Assembly: GCA_040954595.2 (NCBI GenBank)
Contig: CM082578.2
Coordinates: forward strand, 2,896,831 to 2,960,830
DNA: 64,000 bases
Direction: 5' to 3'
Origin: Balanoglossus misakiensis
Taxonomy: Eukaryota > Animalia > Hemichordata
Shown here: piece by piece, positions 1-14,100 of the stretch
How the letters are laid out: each line of letters opens with the position of its first letter
Position numbering within the stretch: the stretch's first letter is position 1
Notes under the pieces: generated by a model
The model's input: the letters and a program-made list of their open reading frames with translations, nothing else
Told to the model about the DNA's origin: nothing
Databases searched by the model: none
Made by a program: the position numbers and the translations under genes

Positions 1-1149
1 ATTTTGTATTCAATGGAAAGCTTGTTTATTAAGCTTTCTTTTGATACTAAATACTTCCCTGTTGTTCTAGGTATACATTCAGAGAGACAGTATTTTACAA
101 GACTAATTTACCCCCCTACGTCAATTTATATGCACTTTTAGGCTTTTCTACATACGTTACCCAATATAATTTAGAAGCCAATAGCTCGAAAATGCCCCGG
201 TGCCCAGATGGCAAACAAAGTGAATTTTACTCAGTATATGATAGGCTTTCAGAAAAACATTGTCTCAAAAATTCCCCCGAGGGGTGGGGGTGGGGGGGGG
301 GGGTAAACCCCTACTGGCTCATGGTCTAATAGTATTGTTAGTGTGAAATTATTGGAGAAATTTCCAGTTTTAGGTTCTGAAAATTGTGTCTGCAACATAT
401 CCTCGTTTTTAGGGCAAGATGCTAAAAAAGCTATTTTGGTAAAAAAAACTCAAATTGTGTAGTTAATTGATGCTCTAGTAAATTATACTTTGTTTTTAGC
501 ATACATTTTTAATATTTTTTTTTTACAATTTCAGTTATTTTCAGTGAAAATGCCAAAATTCACCATTTTTGGTCAACAATCTCAGTTGTGGACCCACTTT
601 TTCAGTAGAAGTGACCTGATTTTACATCAACAGTTTACCACCCATCATTTCTAGCTAATTTCATGTAAGACAAAACTCCTATACAACAAAATGACATTTC
701 TAGAGCCTTTTTGCTGGTGGGGCCCCATAGCCTACTGAGATACATTTAATTTTATCCTTTAAAATGCATGTAGGGAATAAAATTTAAGACCTACATTTCG
801 ATTTATCAATTGGCTTAACTACTTTAAACATGGTAAAACTGGTTACTTTCGCTCACAATAAATTTTCACGAAATACGCGAGAACCAAAAATAAAAACATG
901 AAAATAAAAGGTCGCATAAAATGTTAACGATGCAGTTAAATTCAAGAACGTGAAAATTAATCCTCGTAAAACAGTTGTCTCTTTAATATCGCAAACATTT
1001 CCTGTCGCAGAAATAACCCGTTTTAAAGTATTAACTGCATTTCAAAAATATTTTTGAAAGACACAGCAACTGACAATTGCCTGTGTTAATTTGGTGGAAC
1101 ATGGTCATTCAAATATGAACTACTATTTCGAATGAACTTGGCGAGACCG

Positions 1150-2377
1150 CACATTATTTATACTACGTATAATTTAATTACCCATTCTAACGTTGTAAGG
1201 TTGCTTCTCATTTTGAACATCCTGTTGCCGAAAACGACTCTCTTGTCCTCGTACAGCAAGCAAACGTTGTTGTAAGACTCCACGTAATGAGTGTCCTTGC
1301 ACTGTAGAATAGAATATCATATAAAATAAAGATGAACTATTGAACGTTTTTTGGGATGCTCCTTTATTTTGTTACGTTTTGTTTTAATTACAAACATACA
1401 TTTTTATTTTTACTTTACAATATTGTTTTCGAATTAGGTCCTTTGCTGAAATCATTATTTTTCGGTTCGCTTGTTTTTTAAATTCGGAATGCCATTTTAA
1501 ATTACTATGACGAAATGGTTACTATATACTGGCGCTGTTACTCACCTGAATGGATGTGGCTGCTTGCTTGAAAAGAGCTCTGTTCCTTATAAAATCTGTG
1601 AGCAGTGTGATAGCAACTGGGCTTTCATGGGGGGTATGCGTGGGCTTGTATCCTGGCCTTTTGCACCTAGACTGCTCGTGGCACTGGGCATGGTTTCTCT
1701 GTAGTAAAATATGATTCATGTACATTTTTACATGTGCAGTTGGCGTTACGACTTAGAAAAGAGAAAGAAAACGCTCGTCAAATCGTTACTGTGAAGGTGA
1801 AATTAATGCCTGTACTAACCCCAAGTGATCAATCGCGTTAAGAAGACATGTCCTCAAGAGCTGACTGGCTTCGACTTCATTTTCCTCTGTTTGCTCTCTA
1901 GCGTCCAAAAATTCGTGGGTATGCTTCATACACCAATAGAAATGAGTTTTTATAGAAGCCCCTGTGTAGAAATTTAGATCAATCGTTACCATTGTAAAAG
2001 TATGTTGTCACATGATAACATATAGGCAAAGTCATCGATTTAATGTGGTGAAGAACGATTGACGATGTGTATTATTTTTTGGTGATGGAATGGAGGGAAT
2101 CAAAAGTAAATGTACAGTACCTTTGTGTGACAGTTCTGTATGCCACGTCTTCCCGTGGTTCTTTTTGGGTCCACCAGTTAATTTCTTCACCCGTTTTCCT
2201 ATATCCTTCGAAACTGTTATATGTAATAAACTTTCCAATGAATTCAGCTTGACGAGGCGGTTGTAAGTTTATCTTATTCGCGGCATAACATATAAACGAA
2301 ATACTCACCATGCCAAATGTCAAGGGAATTGATGACGCCGGGTCTCTGCTCCCTGAGGTATTTGATGACAGATGCAT
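1150..2377 (-). pseudogene. Kolobok-type DDE transposase, 3' exons only (5' part lost)
   Basis: Manual minus-strand translation gives spliced pieces RNASVIKYLREQRPGVINSLDIWHG, KTHFYWCMK...LLNAIDH, NHAQCHEQSRC and CKDTHYVESYNNVCLLYEDKR. These match the DxWH, HFYW and T-x-x-VESxNN...KR motifs of Kolobok transposases. Confidence 0.6.
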
Positions 2378-2587
2378 TTCTACGCCTGTTAATATAGTGG
2401 GTCAGTTAACCAAAAAATTGTGCACTTTGGGTTTAAAGCATGAAACTTGGTACACTTATGCATTGACCCATGGCGGCCATTTTCTGATATGGATCCAAAA
2501 TGACAGCGCCGTCTAGTGGCCAGAAACAGACATTCATACTTTAAAATCGTGCACTACGGGTTAAAAGCATGAAAATTGGTACACTTA

Positions 2588-3322
2588 GGGCGAGTTCGAT
2601 TGCGACCCGAGTCGCGCGCGTTGCAATCGAACGACCCTGAGTTGCTACGCTGATGACGCAAATTACGTCATATGACCTTTGAACTTAACCCTGTCCTGTC
2701 TCGCGTCAGGAGCAGGGTTGCTGGTGTTGGAACTCGACAAAATGGCGACAGGGCAACCTTAAGTAAAAATAAATATTGGGGTTTTTTTGCTATTTTCGGT
2801 GAAAAACGCGGTAAACGATGTCATTGCACTAATTTTAAAGCAATTTTCATAACTTCTACAGTACAGGGTGTACGTATTTCGGATATTTTTGAATAAAAGT
2901 CGTATTGTTTACGTGTGACGACGACAAAATCAGGCGACGATCGCTGGATCAGATATTTTTTACTATATAGGAGTATGTACGGTTTTGTGAAATTCCTTGA
3001 TAACTTAATAGGCAAATTTTTTTATCTTCGGAATGTATTTTCGGCGCAAAAAAAAAAAACAGCTCAGAGAGGCAATGATGGCAGTATTTATCCGAAGTTG
3101 CAAAACTGCCGCAGAATCTAAAGATTCATCAAAATCCTCAAAAAAATTACGCAAAACCAAGAAATCTTCACACTCAGTCGCCATATTTGTTAACATGGGT
3201 TGCTACACTTGTATCATTCGTTTGAAATCTCCCGGGTTACGCTTATGCGCATGCTAACTAGAATGGGATGACGTCACCGGCGGCTAGTCGGGTCGCTACT
3301 CGGGTCACAATCGAATCCGGCC
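2588..3322. mobile_element. PIF/Harbinger-type MITE
   Basis: About 25-bp imperfect TIRs (GGGCGAGTTCGATTGCGACCCGAGT and ACTCGGGTCACAATCGAATCCGGCC), with TTA on both sides. Confidence 0.75.
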
Positions 3323-3325
3323 TTA

Positions 3326-3882
3326 GGGTGCGTTTGGGTGCACTGTTCTTGACCCGAGAACGGCCGACGAGGGCAGTTGTCCGATTTCTGACGGAGTTTG
3401 TTCCCAGCACTTTTCACCCAAACGACACAGCCTCGTTTTCAAAATTTCGTAATGGCTGCCGCTAGGAATTTGGCTTTGGTAAACTTTCTGCAAGAGTTCA
3501 TTGACAATGACAACAGGTATCACGAGGAAGACCTCGTTCCTGTAATTCTGGCATTGTATTTCAATCGTCGTTTGGCATTACCAAAAATACGTAATTACGC
3601 TGAAGAGATTGTTCCACAATTTACATTTGAAGACTTCAGACAATATTTCAGAATTTTGGTGGACCACCTTTGAAATAATAATTACAGCAGATAGGACACA
3701 ATCTCATCACAGATCACAGTGGAGGACAAGAGCCGATTGCGGAATCCAAACAACTACTCATATTTCTTTGGTTAATCAGCAATACGTCATGTATGAGAGA
3801 GATTGCTCATATATTTGGTGTATCAAAATGGGCTGTCCATCACTGCTGTCAGATAGTTATGGATGTGTTGCTGCTTCTGAAA
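3326..3882 (+). pseudogene. Harbinger element left end plus exon 1 of a HARBI1-like transposase (ATG 3452, frameshifted)
   Basis: Terminus GGGTGCGTTTGGGTGC follows TTA. Translation gives FRQYFRI..TTFE and GGQEPIAESKQLLIFLWLISNTSCMREIAHIFGVSKWAV (Harbinger HTH). Donor AAA|GTAAG at 3883. Confidence 0.7.
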
Positions 3883-6800
3883 GTAAGAATGACACTCTTG
3901 TCCTGCAGCTACCTGGCATTAAGCAATGGCTCATGTATGGGGGAAATCTTTACTTGATTTAGACAGTTGCCTTCTATGAATCAGTAAAATGAAAAATTCC
4001 ACTGTATTGTGATGGTAAATGATTTCAAATTTTCTCACTCATATTGTGTTGTATTTGCGATCAATTTCTTGTCTATTCTAGTAAACAAACACTCACCAGA
4101 TGGAAATAAGTGTTTCTATCAAAGAAAGAATTAAAAATATATATACATCAACTAATTGAAACTGTTATTTATTTGTATCAGGCTCCAGGCCCATAGAAAA
4201 AATATGTATATTTTAACCACGATTGTGACGTCACACTATTCAATAGACAAGTCATTCACTGAGAGAACCTCTGTCTCACACAAAACCACAGGTTGAAAAC
4301 CAAGTCCCGAGTAGTTTTAGAACTACCTCACGGGGTTCTAGAACTACCGCAGGACTCAGTCTCACCTGTCGTAACAAAAATACAAATACACAATGGTTTA
4401 TTTGCTTAATTACATTTACTTCTATACCTGTGTTCAAAGTACATTTCATTTGGATAGATTAATTGTTATGTTAATTGAAAGCGAACTGGATATGCGATAT
4501 CCGGATCATTTCATTCAATGCTTCACATTCATAGTTTTGTCTACTGACGTACAAAGCTAATGTCTTGGTGGCTCTCGAGAGTCTTCATAACATGATAAAG
4601 TATAAAATAGACAAAAAATCTTTTCGCAGATGAGTTACTCACCAATATCGCTACCATACAGACGAGTTGCCGCTGTGGCTTGGTTCGTTCAAACGCCAGG
4701 GAGGCCAATACACAGACGGGCAGTAGTACCATGTAGAGCATTGTGACCCAGTTTTTGCTTTACCAACATGTAAGCGCTTGTTTTCGCAGATGATATAGAT
4801 CGGAACTATCTTCAGATCGATTTCATGGACATTTGAAGGAAAATAAACTAAAAACGTGACACTTAGGCCTACTGCATTTGGCCTAGAAAATGTTCGCGTA
4901 AGTTTACCATGTGCACGCAAAACCCCAATAGCTGCTAGCCTTCCCATAATACACTACGTAACACACCTGTAAAGTTTAATTTGATGCAAATTGAAGTTTG
5001 AAATTAGCTTATCACTCAGACACGTAAGCGTGAACATTTAGAGTAACACCTGTCAAGCGTGGGCGATCTTGTAAGGCCCTACTAAGGCCCAGCAGGGCGG
5101 TCTAGAACTACCTGCTCACGACATGATTCATTTATAGGAAGAGGTGTGGCCAACCAAATTTCACAGTCAGCAATGCATTTTATTGAATCGTTGTGTAAAA
5201 CGACGTCTTTATGGTACAGAAAGCCCCAATGGTGACAATGTCTGTGGGGGATCGTGGTTTAAGTTAGAGAACCACCTCCCCCTCGGTGGTTCTCTATTAC
5301 ATAAAAAATACATGTCACAGATACATGTACTCACAAAGTTATTAAGGGACCGTTCAGTTTTTACGGCTGGGGGGGGGGGTCGGCAAGTTTGTGTCATCGG
5401 TTTTCAAAATCAGGCCGACCCCCCCCCCTTCACCGAGCACCAAAAAATGATGACCCCCCCCCCTTTTGACAGACCCAAAAATATGATGACCCCTACGCCG
5501 AAAACATTCGCCGATCTGATCCTATGTACACTGTATGCAATAAAGGGAATGAGGCTCCTCACACCTCAATTACAAATTTCTTAAAGTAATTGAAGTATAT
5601 GATTGTACAATGTATATAAATGTAATGTGGCGAAGAATGGAGGGGGTGGGTGTGGGAGGGAGTGTCGCCCTCCCACAGAAGAAAATTTTGAAAAATATGT
5701 AGCGCAAAGTTGCATTTTAATGAACTCAAAAGCAAATTATCTCAATGTTTGGGAGGACCAATTTTACTTTTTGCCACTCCACTCAAAGTTAGAAGATTTG
5801 GCGTCATCTTCGTCATGACATCATTTATAAAACTTCTAGTATATAGAAGATGCAGCGCGTAACTATCAGTTATGCGAAATGGTTTAAACGATTATTCTCC
5901 TTTATGTATTTACTTTGTTAAATATAATCATCGGTGGGGTTGGGGTGGCAAGCACTCTGCCCTGGTACACTAGACAAACCAGCAAAAAATGAAATGTGGC
6001 GGAGAATGAAGGGGGTGGGTGTGGGAGGGGGTTTCCCCGTCCCACATTAGAAAATTTTGTAAAATAAAGGGCGCGAAACTGCAATTTTGTGGACTCAAAA
6101 GCAAAAGTATGGTGGCAAATGTATGTGACCCCACCCTAAACGTTTAAAAAACCCAGATGACCCCCCCCCCCCTTTTGGACTTCAAAATTTAAAGTGAAGC
6201 GATCGTCGCGCCGCACTTGCGCGTGGGGTGTCCCCCTTGTGTATGTCCCAGAATGCCTCACTGATCTCTGCAAAGTATTAATGGCGGCCATGGAGTCGGA
6301 TATACGACGGCGAAAGCGAGAGACACTCAAAAAACGAGACGCAACAAAAATATATTTGCGTGCAGCGTACGATAACTGGACAGTTGAGAAATTGGGCCAA
6401 TTTGCGGAGGGGTCTCATGCAGATTTCGCAGCTCATTTGCTGGAAACTCACATTCGACACTGTACCAAATGCTATCCTGAGCAGCTGAGAGTCGCGACGG
6501 CTGATTCTGCTGATGTTATGCCATCCACATCGTCTACGATCATGCCTTCAAGGTGAGTCCGAATACTGCTTAGTATAGCATACTGTTTTTTATGTAAAAT
6601 TAATGTTGCTGCCAAAACTATCGAATCATTGCATTCAAGTTGTGCGGTCCGGCGGTTGTACCGTCGGCACACACGCACAGTACAAGTACTTGAAGTAGCC
6701 GTACAAACGTAAATTTCATGCCCTCCTAAGCATTTCATCAGTCAACTGAAAACTGTGTGGAGTGAATGTGAACTGAATCATCGTCAAAAATGTATGTTTC

Positions 6801-8120
6801 TAAACTAGTGACCTCGTCAGCAAGTGGTATAGTTGTAGGGTTTTTTCGACATATTTAGGAATGATCTATGGTGCGACCTGGCCCTGTGTACAGGTCAGTG
6901 TGTTCGCAGCGTTTACACGGCCTCCACCACAGCCCTGGCAAGGCTCCATAGACAAAACTGGCGCGTCTGCGGTCCGGATATTACAGTAGAAAAGAGATGA
7001 TCTTGGCAGCTCTTGTATGTAACTGTATGGCATGGCTGTGTGTTATTATGCATGGCAATTGTCAGGAACACAAAAGTTACCGTGTATAAGGTTGACATGA
7101 AGTAATCTGTCAAAGAACCATGCATGTAACTCCATGTACAATGGAATACCTCAATACTACAAGTGCTATATGTTGTAAAGCTTAGTCCCACTTTGTCTGC
7201 ATGACTCTTTGACAAATATTACTTATGTCACCATCTTGCACTGATGACTTGCCTTGCGCAAACAACTGAAATACACTAACATGTCACATACTTCCATTAT
7301 TTTAGCTTTGCTACACCAATTAAATGCCAAGAGACAGGTAATTTGGTCTGGTATAAACAAAGGAATTGAGTAAACGTTTGTGTAAAATTGAATTAGAGAC
7401 ATGTATTTGCATGAATGTATGCGTATGAAATGTTCATGTTAGCATGATTTCAAATACATGTGTATAGATAATAGTCTAAAATTATAGTTTGTGTTTAGTT
7501 CTTATGTTATGGGACTGTGTGAACACTCTACTTAGCTACAAGGACAATCAGTGAAATGAAAATTTATTGTTATCTCTTTAAAGAGTTACTCCTCCATTCA
7601 GTAGTATTTTTTCTGTGTAAAATGTCAAGTTGCATGTACATGTTGTTATTATATATTTTTTATATATTTGTAATTTTTAACACATTTATGTTCAGTGTTT
7701 ACAACATTATATATTATATATACAATTATAATATACCTCATGCTAATACTGTGCCGTGATTCGCCAGAATCCGTCACGTGATAGGAAAATAGAATCGACT
7801 ATGAACCGCTAGGGAAATAGCAGAACAAATATAAACCGGTCACGTGACCAGCGTGAGTGCGCAGACTCGGTCACGTCAATCAGCGTCGCGTCGTCTGACA
7901 CAATGGCCACCGCTGAAGATGTTGTCTGCCAGCCTCAAGAGAAAATTACAAGATTTTCCCAGCTGTTAGCATGAGGTTTATTATAAAACACCTATAGCCT
8001 GGCCTATATTCGGGCCATAGCAGCCGTTTTTAACCCCTCGTGACTGTGAGTTACCAGAATCATATGATATTTCCCGAGGCCGCAGGCCTCAGGAAAAAGC
8101 ATATGATTCTGGTAACTCAC

Positions 8121-11100
8121 CACGTCTGTTTCAGAGTAGAAATTAAGTGTGCGCATGCGCGGCTAAAAAGGTTAAAAAAACATGGCCTCGCCCATGCGGA
8201 AGTAATGTGTGTACAGTGACATCGAAGTCTTTTACGGCAGAGTTAGGAAGGAAACTCATTACATCAGCTTCAAAGAAGGTTGGATTTAGCTCAAAGTTCA
8301 TCGATGGAAGCTGGAAGGGGCATATTTATATGGAGGAACGGTGCAGGTAAGTAAATTTCAGTGCTTATGGTTCGATTAAGTTGAACTTAACTGTCAAGCG
8401 TTTTTCGGATACCGCAACAGTGCGAGGTCACAGTGCAAGCAATAAATATATTAGCGTTTCCGTGTTCTAGCCGTGAATAAAGCTTGTTCAGCTAAATTAT
8501 CTCATGTATCTTCGGAATTTTGGTAAATCAATGGAATGTATTTGTCTTTTAATAGGTAATGATCGAGAGACGGGTGTCGTGAAGCGAACGATACGAGTGT
8601 TTCTTGGCGTGTTTTTATATACACATGGGTTTGTGTACAAGTTTCCAAATGTGCACATAACGAATGCTAGTCACTAAAATTGTGTACCTTGCGTTATTTT
8701 TCACTGTTATTGCATTCCAATACTCGTGATTATTGATATGATTTCAATTCTGAATACAGATTTTAATGAATTTCTTTTGATCACGATCACCAAAAACACA
8801 GAACTGGGGTACTCAAAAAACCCCACAGAGCTGAGGTTGTTTATAACTCAATTTTATTCAAATTACACAGTTACTAGTTTGATCAACAGCCTGATTTAAC
8901 ATCCCCACTCCACCACGAAAAAAAAAAAAAATGTGCTAACATATTCATTCAATTGGCAAGTCTCCTTAACATTTTTTTATTTAAATATTTACACCATACA
9001 ATAGCAACATTCAAATTCAAGCTATTTCACGCCCCACTCCAATCACCCCTCCCCCCTAATTATACAAATTTCCCAACATGGTATTCAGTTAATTTGATAA
9101 GGCTCCATAACGATTTTTTTTATATTTGGATATTTACATCATTAAAATTCAAGTTTTGACAGGAGTGTGTCCCTGAATATCAAATACATATATAACTGAA
9201 ATATTAACATAACTTTTACATATATACAAATGGTGCGTAGTTTCCTTCAATTGTCCTGATTCAATTTGATTTTGTTGTCCGTCGTTTAATTTCAGGTTTA
9301 TCACATGCTTTAGCAGGGTGTACAGATAAATGGTGCATCTTCATTAGTTGCTGAAGTTGTTCCAATTTATCTGGGAATCTGCTGTATGTTGCTGTGAGTC
9401 TGTTGCATTCAGAATGAACACCTTCCATCCCTTGTTCACCATGAAGCCCACAACCAACACTATGCATCTGTATCCAGGGAAGAACATGGTCCTCTAAGAT
9501 GTGCATCTTTGGAGTGACAGTTTCCCTTGGAAAGTTGCTCCGAAAATGCTGCAGGAAAGCTTCAACGCTCTTTCCTGTAAAACAATGTGAGGCAAGTACA
9601 TGTCTGTGAATTTTTGAATTAGTATCAAGTTTGAATACCATGCGTTTCTTGTACAACTATTTATGTTTAAAAATAAAGTCAATTAAAAACAATTTCTATG
9701 TCAGTTTTGTTGATTTAATCCCGGTTACACTGTAAAAGTTCCTTGACTTAGTTAATTTGGTTCATGAATAAGACATCTGACCAACTATAACTCAAAGGTT
9801 GGGAAAAATTTATACTTCTCATGATATATCATTGATATTAATGGTTTTGACTGAAGTGCAATGTTTAAGAGATGTTGTAATAGTCAGTAAAATTATAATA
9901 TGTCATCTTGGAGGATATAAACTTACCAAACTGAGTAATTTCACCTGGGGACAGTGGTCTGGCAACACTGTACAATGCATGACATCTGCTGAACTTTAGA
10001 AACAGTGGCTCAAACAGATCTCTGATATCATTTGCTTTCTCAAGTAGATCTGGACACAGCTTTTGAGTGCACTTAACTATACTGCTGGTTATCCGTGATA
10101 TGTTGTTTGGCTGAAGAAAAAAAATACATCAGTGACAAAACTTCCTTTGATCACATTTAAAGTATAATTTTTGTTTCAAATTTTCACTTCTAATTTCTTA
10201 CAAAGTGATGATATTGCTCACCTTTAAACAAATATCCACATGGTTGCCGATAAAACTCTTGCCATGATATGCCTGTCTCTTCACATGAAGTGCCTGTAGA
10301 CATTCATCTAGAGCCCTTGGGATGTAACCAGCTTCTTTTGGTAGCGCCTTTTGTTTTGTGTTAATGTGCATTTCCTGGAGACCAAATAGTAAGGTTTTTA
10401 TTGCTTTGTAAAAGGCCAGCTATTTTTCATTGGATCTGTTCATAGTTTAAAAAACTCTTTAAGATTTCTTACATGTTGTATGTTACATGAGTTTAATACA
10501 GATTTTAGTTGCTTGTTGTTTTTTTTTTGCCCTACCGCTACTAAATATGATTTATTTCCAGGTAGTGTTAAATTTGTAAACTAACCAGTGCATCTAGCTG
10601 TTTCTGTTTTTCATCTCTCATGGCCTGTAGTCCATTTATCACTGCTGTGCTCTGCACAGGAGCTGTATATTGATGGTCATGCAGTAGGGCTGACGCAACA
10701 CTACTTTCGATGTCCTGCATTTCAACCTCGATCCTACTCATGGCATCCTTTAGGGCAGATATTTCACATGAGAGGGTGAGGTAGGTGTCATACTCAGCTG
10801 GTCTGTTTGACTGAGCCTGAGAGTTACTGCTGCCACTGGAATTGTCCTCATGTAATTTGACATACATTTGAACATCCAGTGGTATGCAGTAACTCTCCAT
10901 CAAATTGAAAAGCTTCAGGTAAATGCCCAAGCTGATGTGCAGAGCTGGAGGACACACCTGTCAAAGCAAGATAGATAAAATATTTTTGTATGTCTGTCTA
11001 TTAGAGGGACAATAGCTAGAATTTTCGGCAGTTTTGTTTATCCATTTTGGTTATCGTGTTGCTGTAACCCAATCATGTTGAACAAGAAACTAGTTGATAA

Positions 11101-14100
11101 AAGATACTGCAGACAATGAGAAATTACTGCTAGTGTCCTTAAATGTATATTGAACTAACAGTAACTATTAAAGATTAACAGCATGCTTAGTGTGTCTGCA
11201 TTTTGTTAAACACCAGGATTATTAAAGTTACGTGATTTCCAGTTCTATAATTTTATTTTCTTCATTAAAATTCTGTGTTTGAATGAAGTAAGTACCTACC
11301 TGATTAATTGGAATAGCAATCAGTGGCTGGTGGATACAGTTCAGAAATTTTGGGGCATCTTTAAGCTTTGATCCATTGGTAACAAATATGTTGTATGCCT
11401 CTGTGATGGTCTCAAGGGTACGTGGAGACTGTCTACCTCTCTGTGCTAGGGGTTTCCGAGACAGCTCCTTGCTGGTATCACACCAAAGACAAAAATGTCT
11501 ACCTACATTATCAAAATGTAAGACAGAGTGGTTTATATGATACAGAGTCAACTACATGACCACAGTCACATCAATGTATTGGAGTGTGATGTTAGTAACA
11601 CATCAAGACAAACAATTCACTCACCCCCAGCTCCTGATAATCCATACAGCTTTGTTTGGTATTCATAATCTCCACACAGAATAGCTTCAATAGTATACTG
11701 CCTGTAGTAAAAATGACAAATAGTAAGTTTACTGTACAGAGCATACCTGCTGGACATTTTAGCATACTATAGGAAGTAGGACAAGAAACTGTAATTTATA
11801 TACATAACCAGAATACTGAAAGAAATAGCCAAAGGTTAAAGCTAATGTCCTAATATTCAAATTTCAATATTTCTACATTGTTGTAGTAACCAACTTACTT
11901 CCACTTATAGCCATTTAGAGTGTTGACACTGTTTACATAATTTTCAAGTGCAAGCGTCAAGTTATGATGGTTGTCTCCAGCTTCAAACATTAACCAGATC
12001 ACAGTATTTTCCTTTGCATTTGGATGATCCAGGTTGCAGATTTCAAACACAAATTTCATGGAACCACCACCTTTGTCCCCACCCACTTTCACTTGGATGA
12101 TATCCTGGGGTATTGAGCCTCCATGCCATGTCAGTCTACCAAGTCTAGGATAAAGGTTAATAATTTGAGTAAACAGAACACATAGCTTTACAGGCAAATC
12201 AAAATATGAAAATTAGGCATGGTCCCCTTAAAGACACCACGTATGGCAAATGAAATCATCCTATTGTATTAAAGATGATTGCAAAGCATTTTTACCTTTC
12301 ATTTGCTTCGAGGTGTTGAACAACAAGGTTTAAAATGTCACATCCGACCAGCGGTGCAAGTCTGATTTCAGAGGCCTGTTTTCCAGTTGATGTCTTGATA
12401 GTAAACATGAAGGGCAGGTGTTCGGTGTAAATGGATGGGATCAGTGTAGCAAACTCTCTGCGGTCTTCTGCCTCACTGCGCAGACTCAGTTTCCATTTCC
12501 TCAGCCACCTGTAAAAATGATTAATCTATGACATGGTGCTGCAAAACTTGACTAGTGAGGACAGTGGTAATTAGAATCATGGTGTACAAATGTATTTACA
12601 GGAATAACATGGACACTAGTGCTAACTAGCAACTAATTAAAGCTCCACTTGTAATAGGTTTTCCTATTTATTTGCATAGTTGTTTTGTGTATCAACACTT
12701 TTTTGGTTCAACTCCCAATGCAGCAGGACGATATTACCTTATTTAGTTTGTCAAGTCAGCAAATATGTGTGCAAGTCTTGTTACTGTAGATCTTGAATCA
12801 TTTTGTCAACAGTAACAATGTTTGTTGCACGTGTTGTGTTTATAAACAAAGTGATTATGGTAGTGTTTTAAGATAGGGAGTAGAACAAGAACTTCTGCTG
12901 GTACACAGACCAAACATGCTGATAAAATATATAAAAAATAGAGAGCATGTCCAATTAATGCCAACTGCATGGGTACTTACTGCTTCAGTTTCCGGAATTG
13001 GTACCATGTTAGTCTCATATCCACTTTCAAGCTTAAACCATCACCCTCCTTCAGGTCTGGTAATAACCCAAGGTTACTGAGAATGGCTGCTCGTTCACCT
13101 TTATCAAGGGATTTCATTTCATGAGTCAGCTGTTCTCTAACACCTGATTCCCCACCACTGAGCTGGTCCCTGAGTTTCTGTATCAGTTTACTGCGATTAG
13201 TCTTGGTTTTTGTTGTAACTAAATTACTGTCCTTGCGAGGATTGCTGATACACTGCACAAACAGTGGCTGAAAAAGCAAAATAAAATAATGGAATAAAAA
13301 ATGAAATAAAACTATTTAAAATGGAAGATTGTGTAGGTGTTCAAACAGTTAAGGTAAGTAATAAATTCCTGGTAAGTATAGAACACTATCATCTGTGATA
13401 TGCAACATTTCAGGGTAGTTTATCATGCTATATATTGGGGGTCAATTTTAGGTCAAATTTATAGCTTGCATCACATGCTTGATAGAACAATGACCTTCCA
13501 TTAGCTACAATCTACTAGTACACAATTTCAATATTGTTTTGTTCTGTGTTTTTATTATTAATAACACTATAGAAAGAACAAATAGTCAACAGTTGTTACA
13601 CAAGTGTCATTATTGCCTGTAACAATTTGAAGCTTTTAGTTTACAATAAAGTTAGAAGAGTCTAGACCTGCCCTTGCATTTGGTGTTGACAGTAGTTTTT
13701 CTTTCAAGCATTTTGTAGCCAGATCTTCATAGCCAGGTATTTTTGACATTGATACATCTGGTCTCAGCAAGACGGACATAGCATGCTCACTTTCATTTAT
13801 GGGTTCTGTAGTTAGTGTGTGTATTTGGCTTGACTGAATGGTACGGTGCTCATGAGATTTAAGTTTATGAAGTGGAAAACTCTCCTGACAAGTTTTGCAA
13901 GTCATTGACTTTTCACCAAGACATGTTGTGAAGGGAATTGCAACTCGTATGATGCATGATGGCGATTCAATTTCAAACCGACAGATTGGACAATTGATGA
14001 CAGTAGAAGCTGCTAATACCCACTCACGTAAACATTCTCCACAGAAAACATGCCCACATAAAATCTGAATGGGGCCATCCAGCACTTCCTTACAGATGGG

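Noticed and set aside
1-330. Right end of an Academ-like MITE (...GGCTCATGGTCTA)
   Set aside because: The partner end is outside the window, so no TIR or TSD can be confirmed.
5144-6330. Short ORFs here and most other 60-130 aa ORFs in the track
   Set aside because: They lie in MITEs, introns or antisense to TE genes, and show no recognisable motifs.
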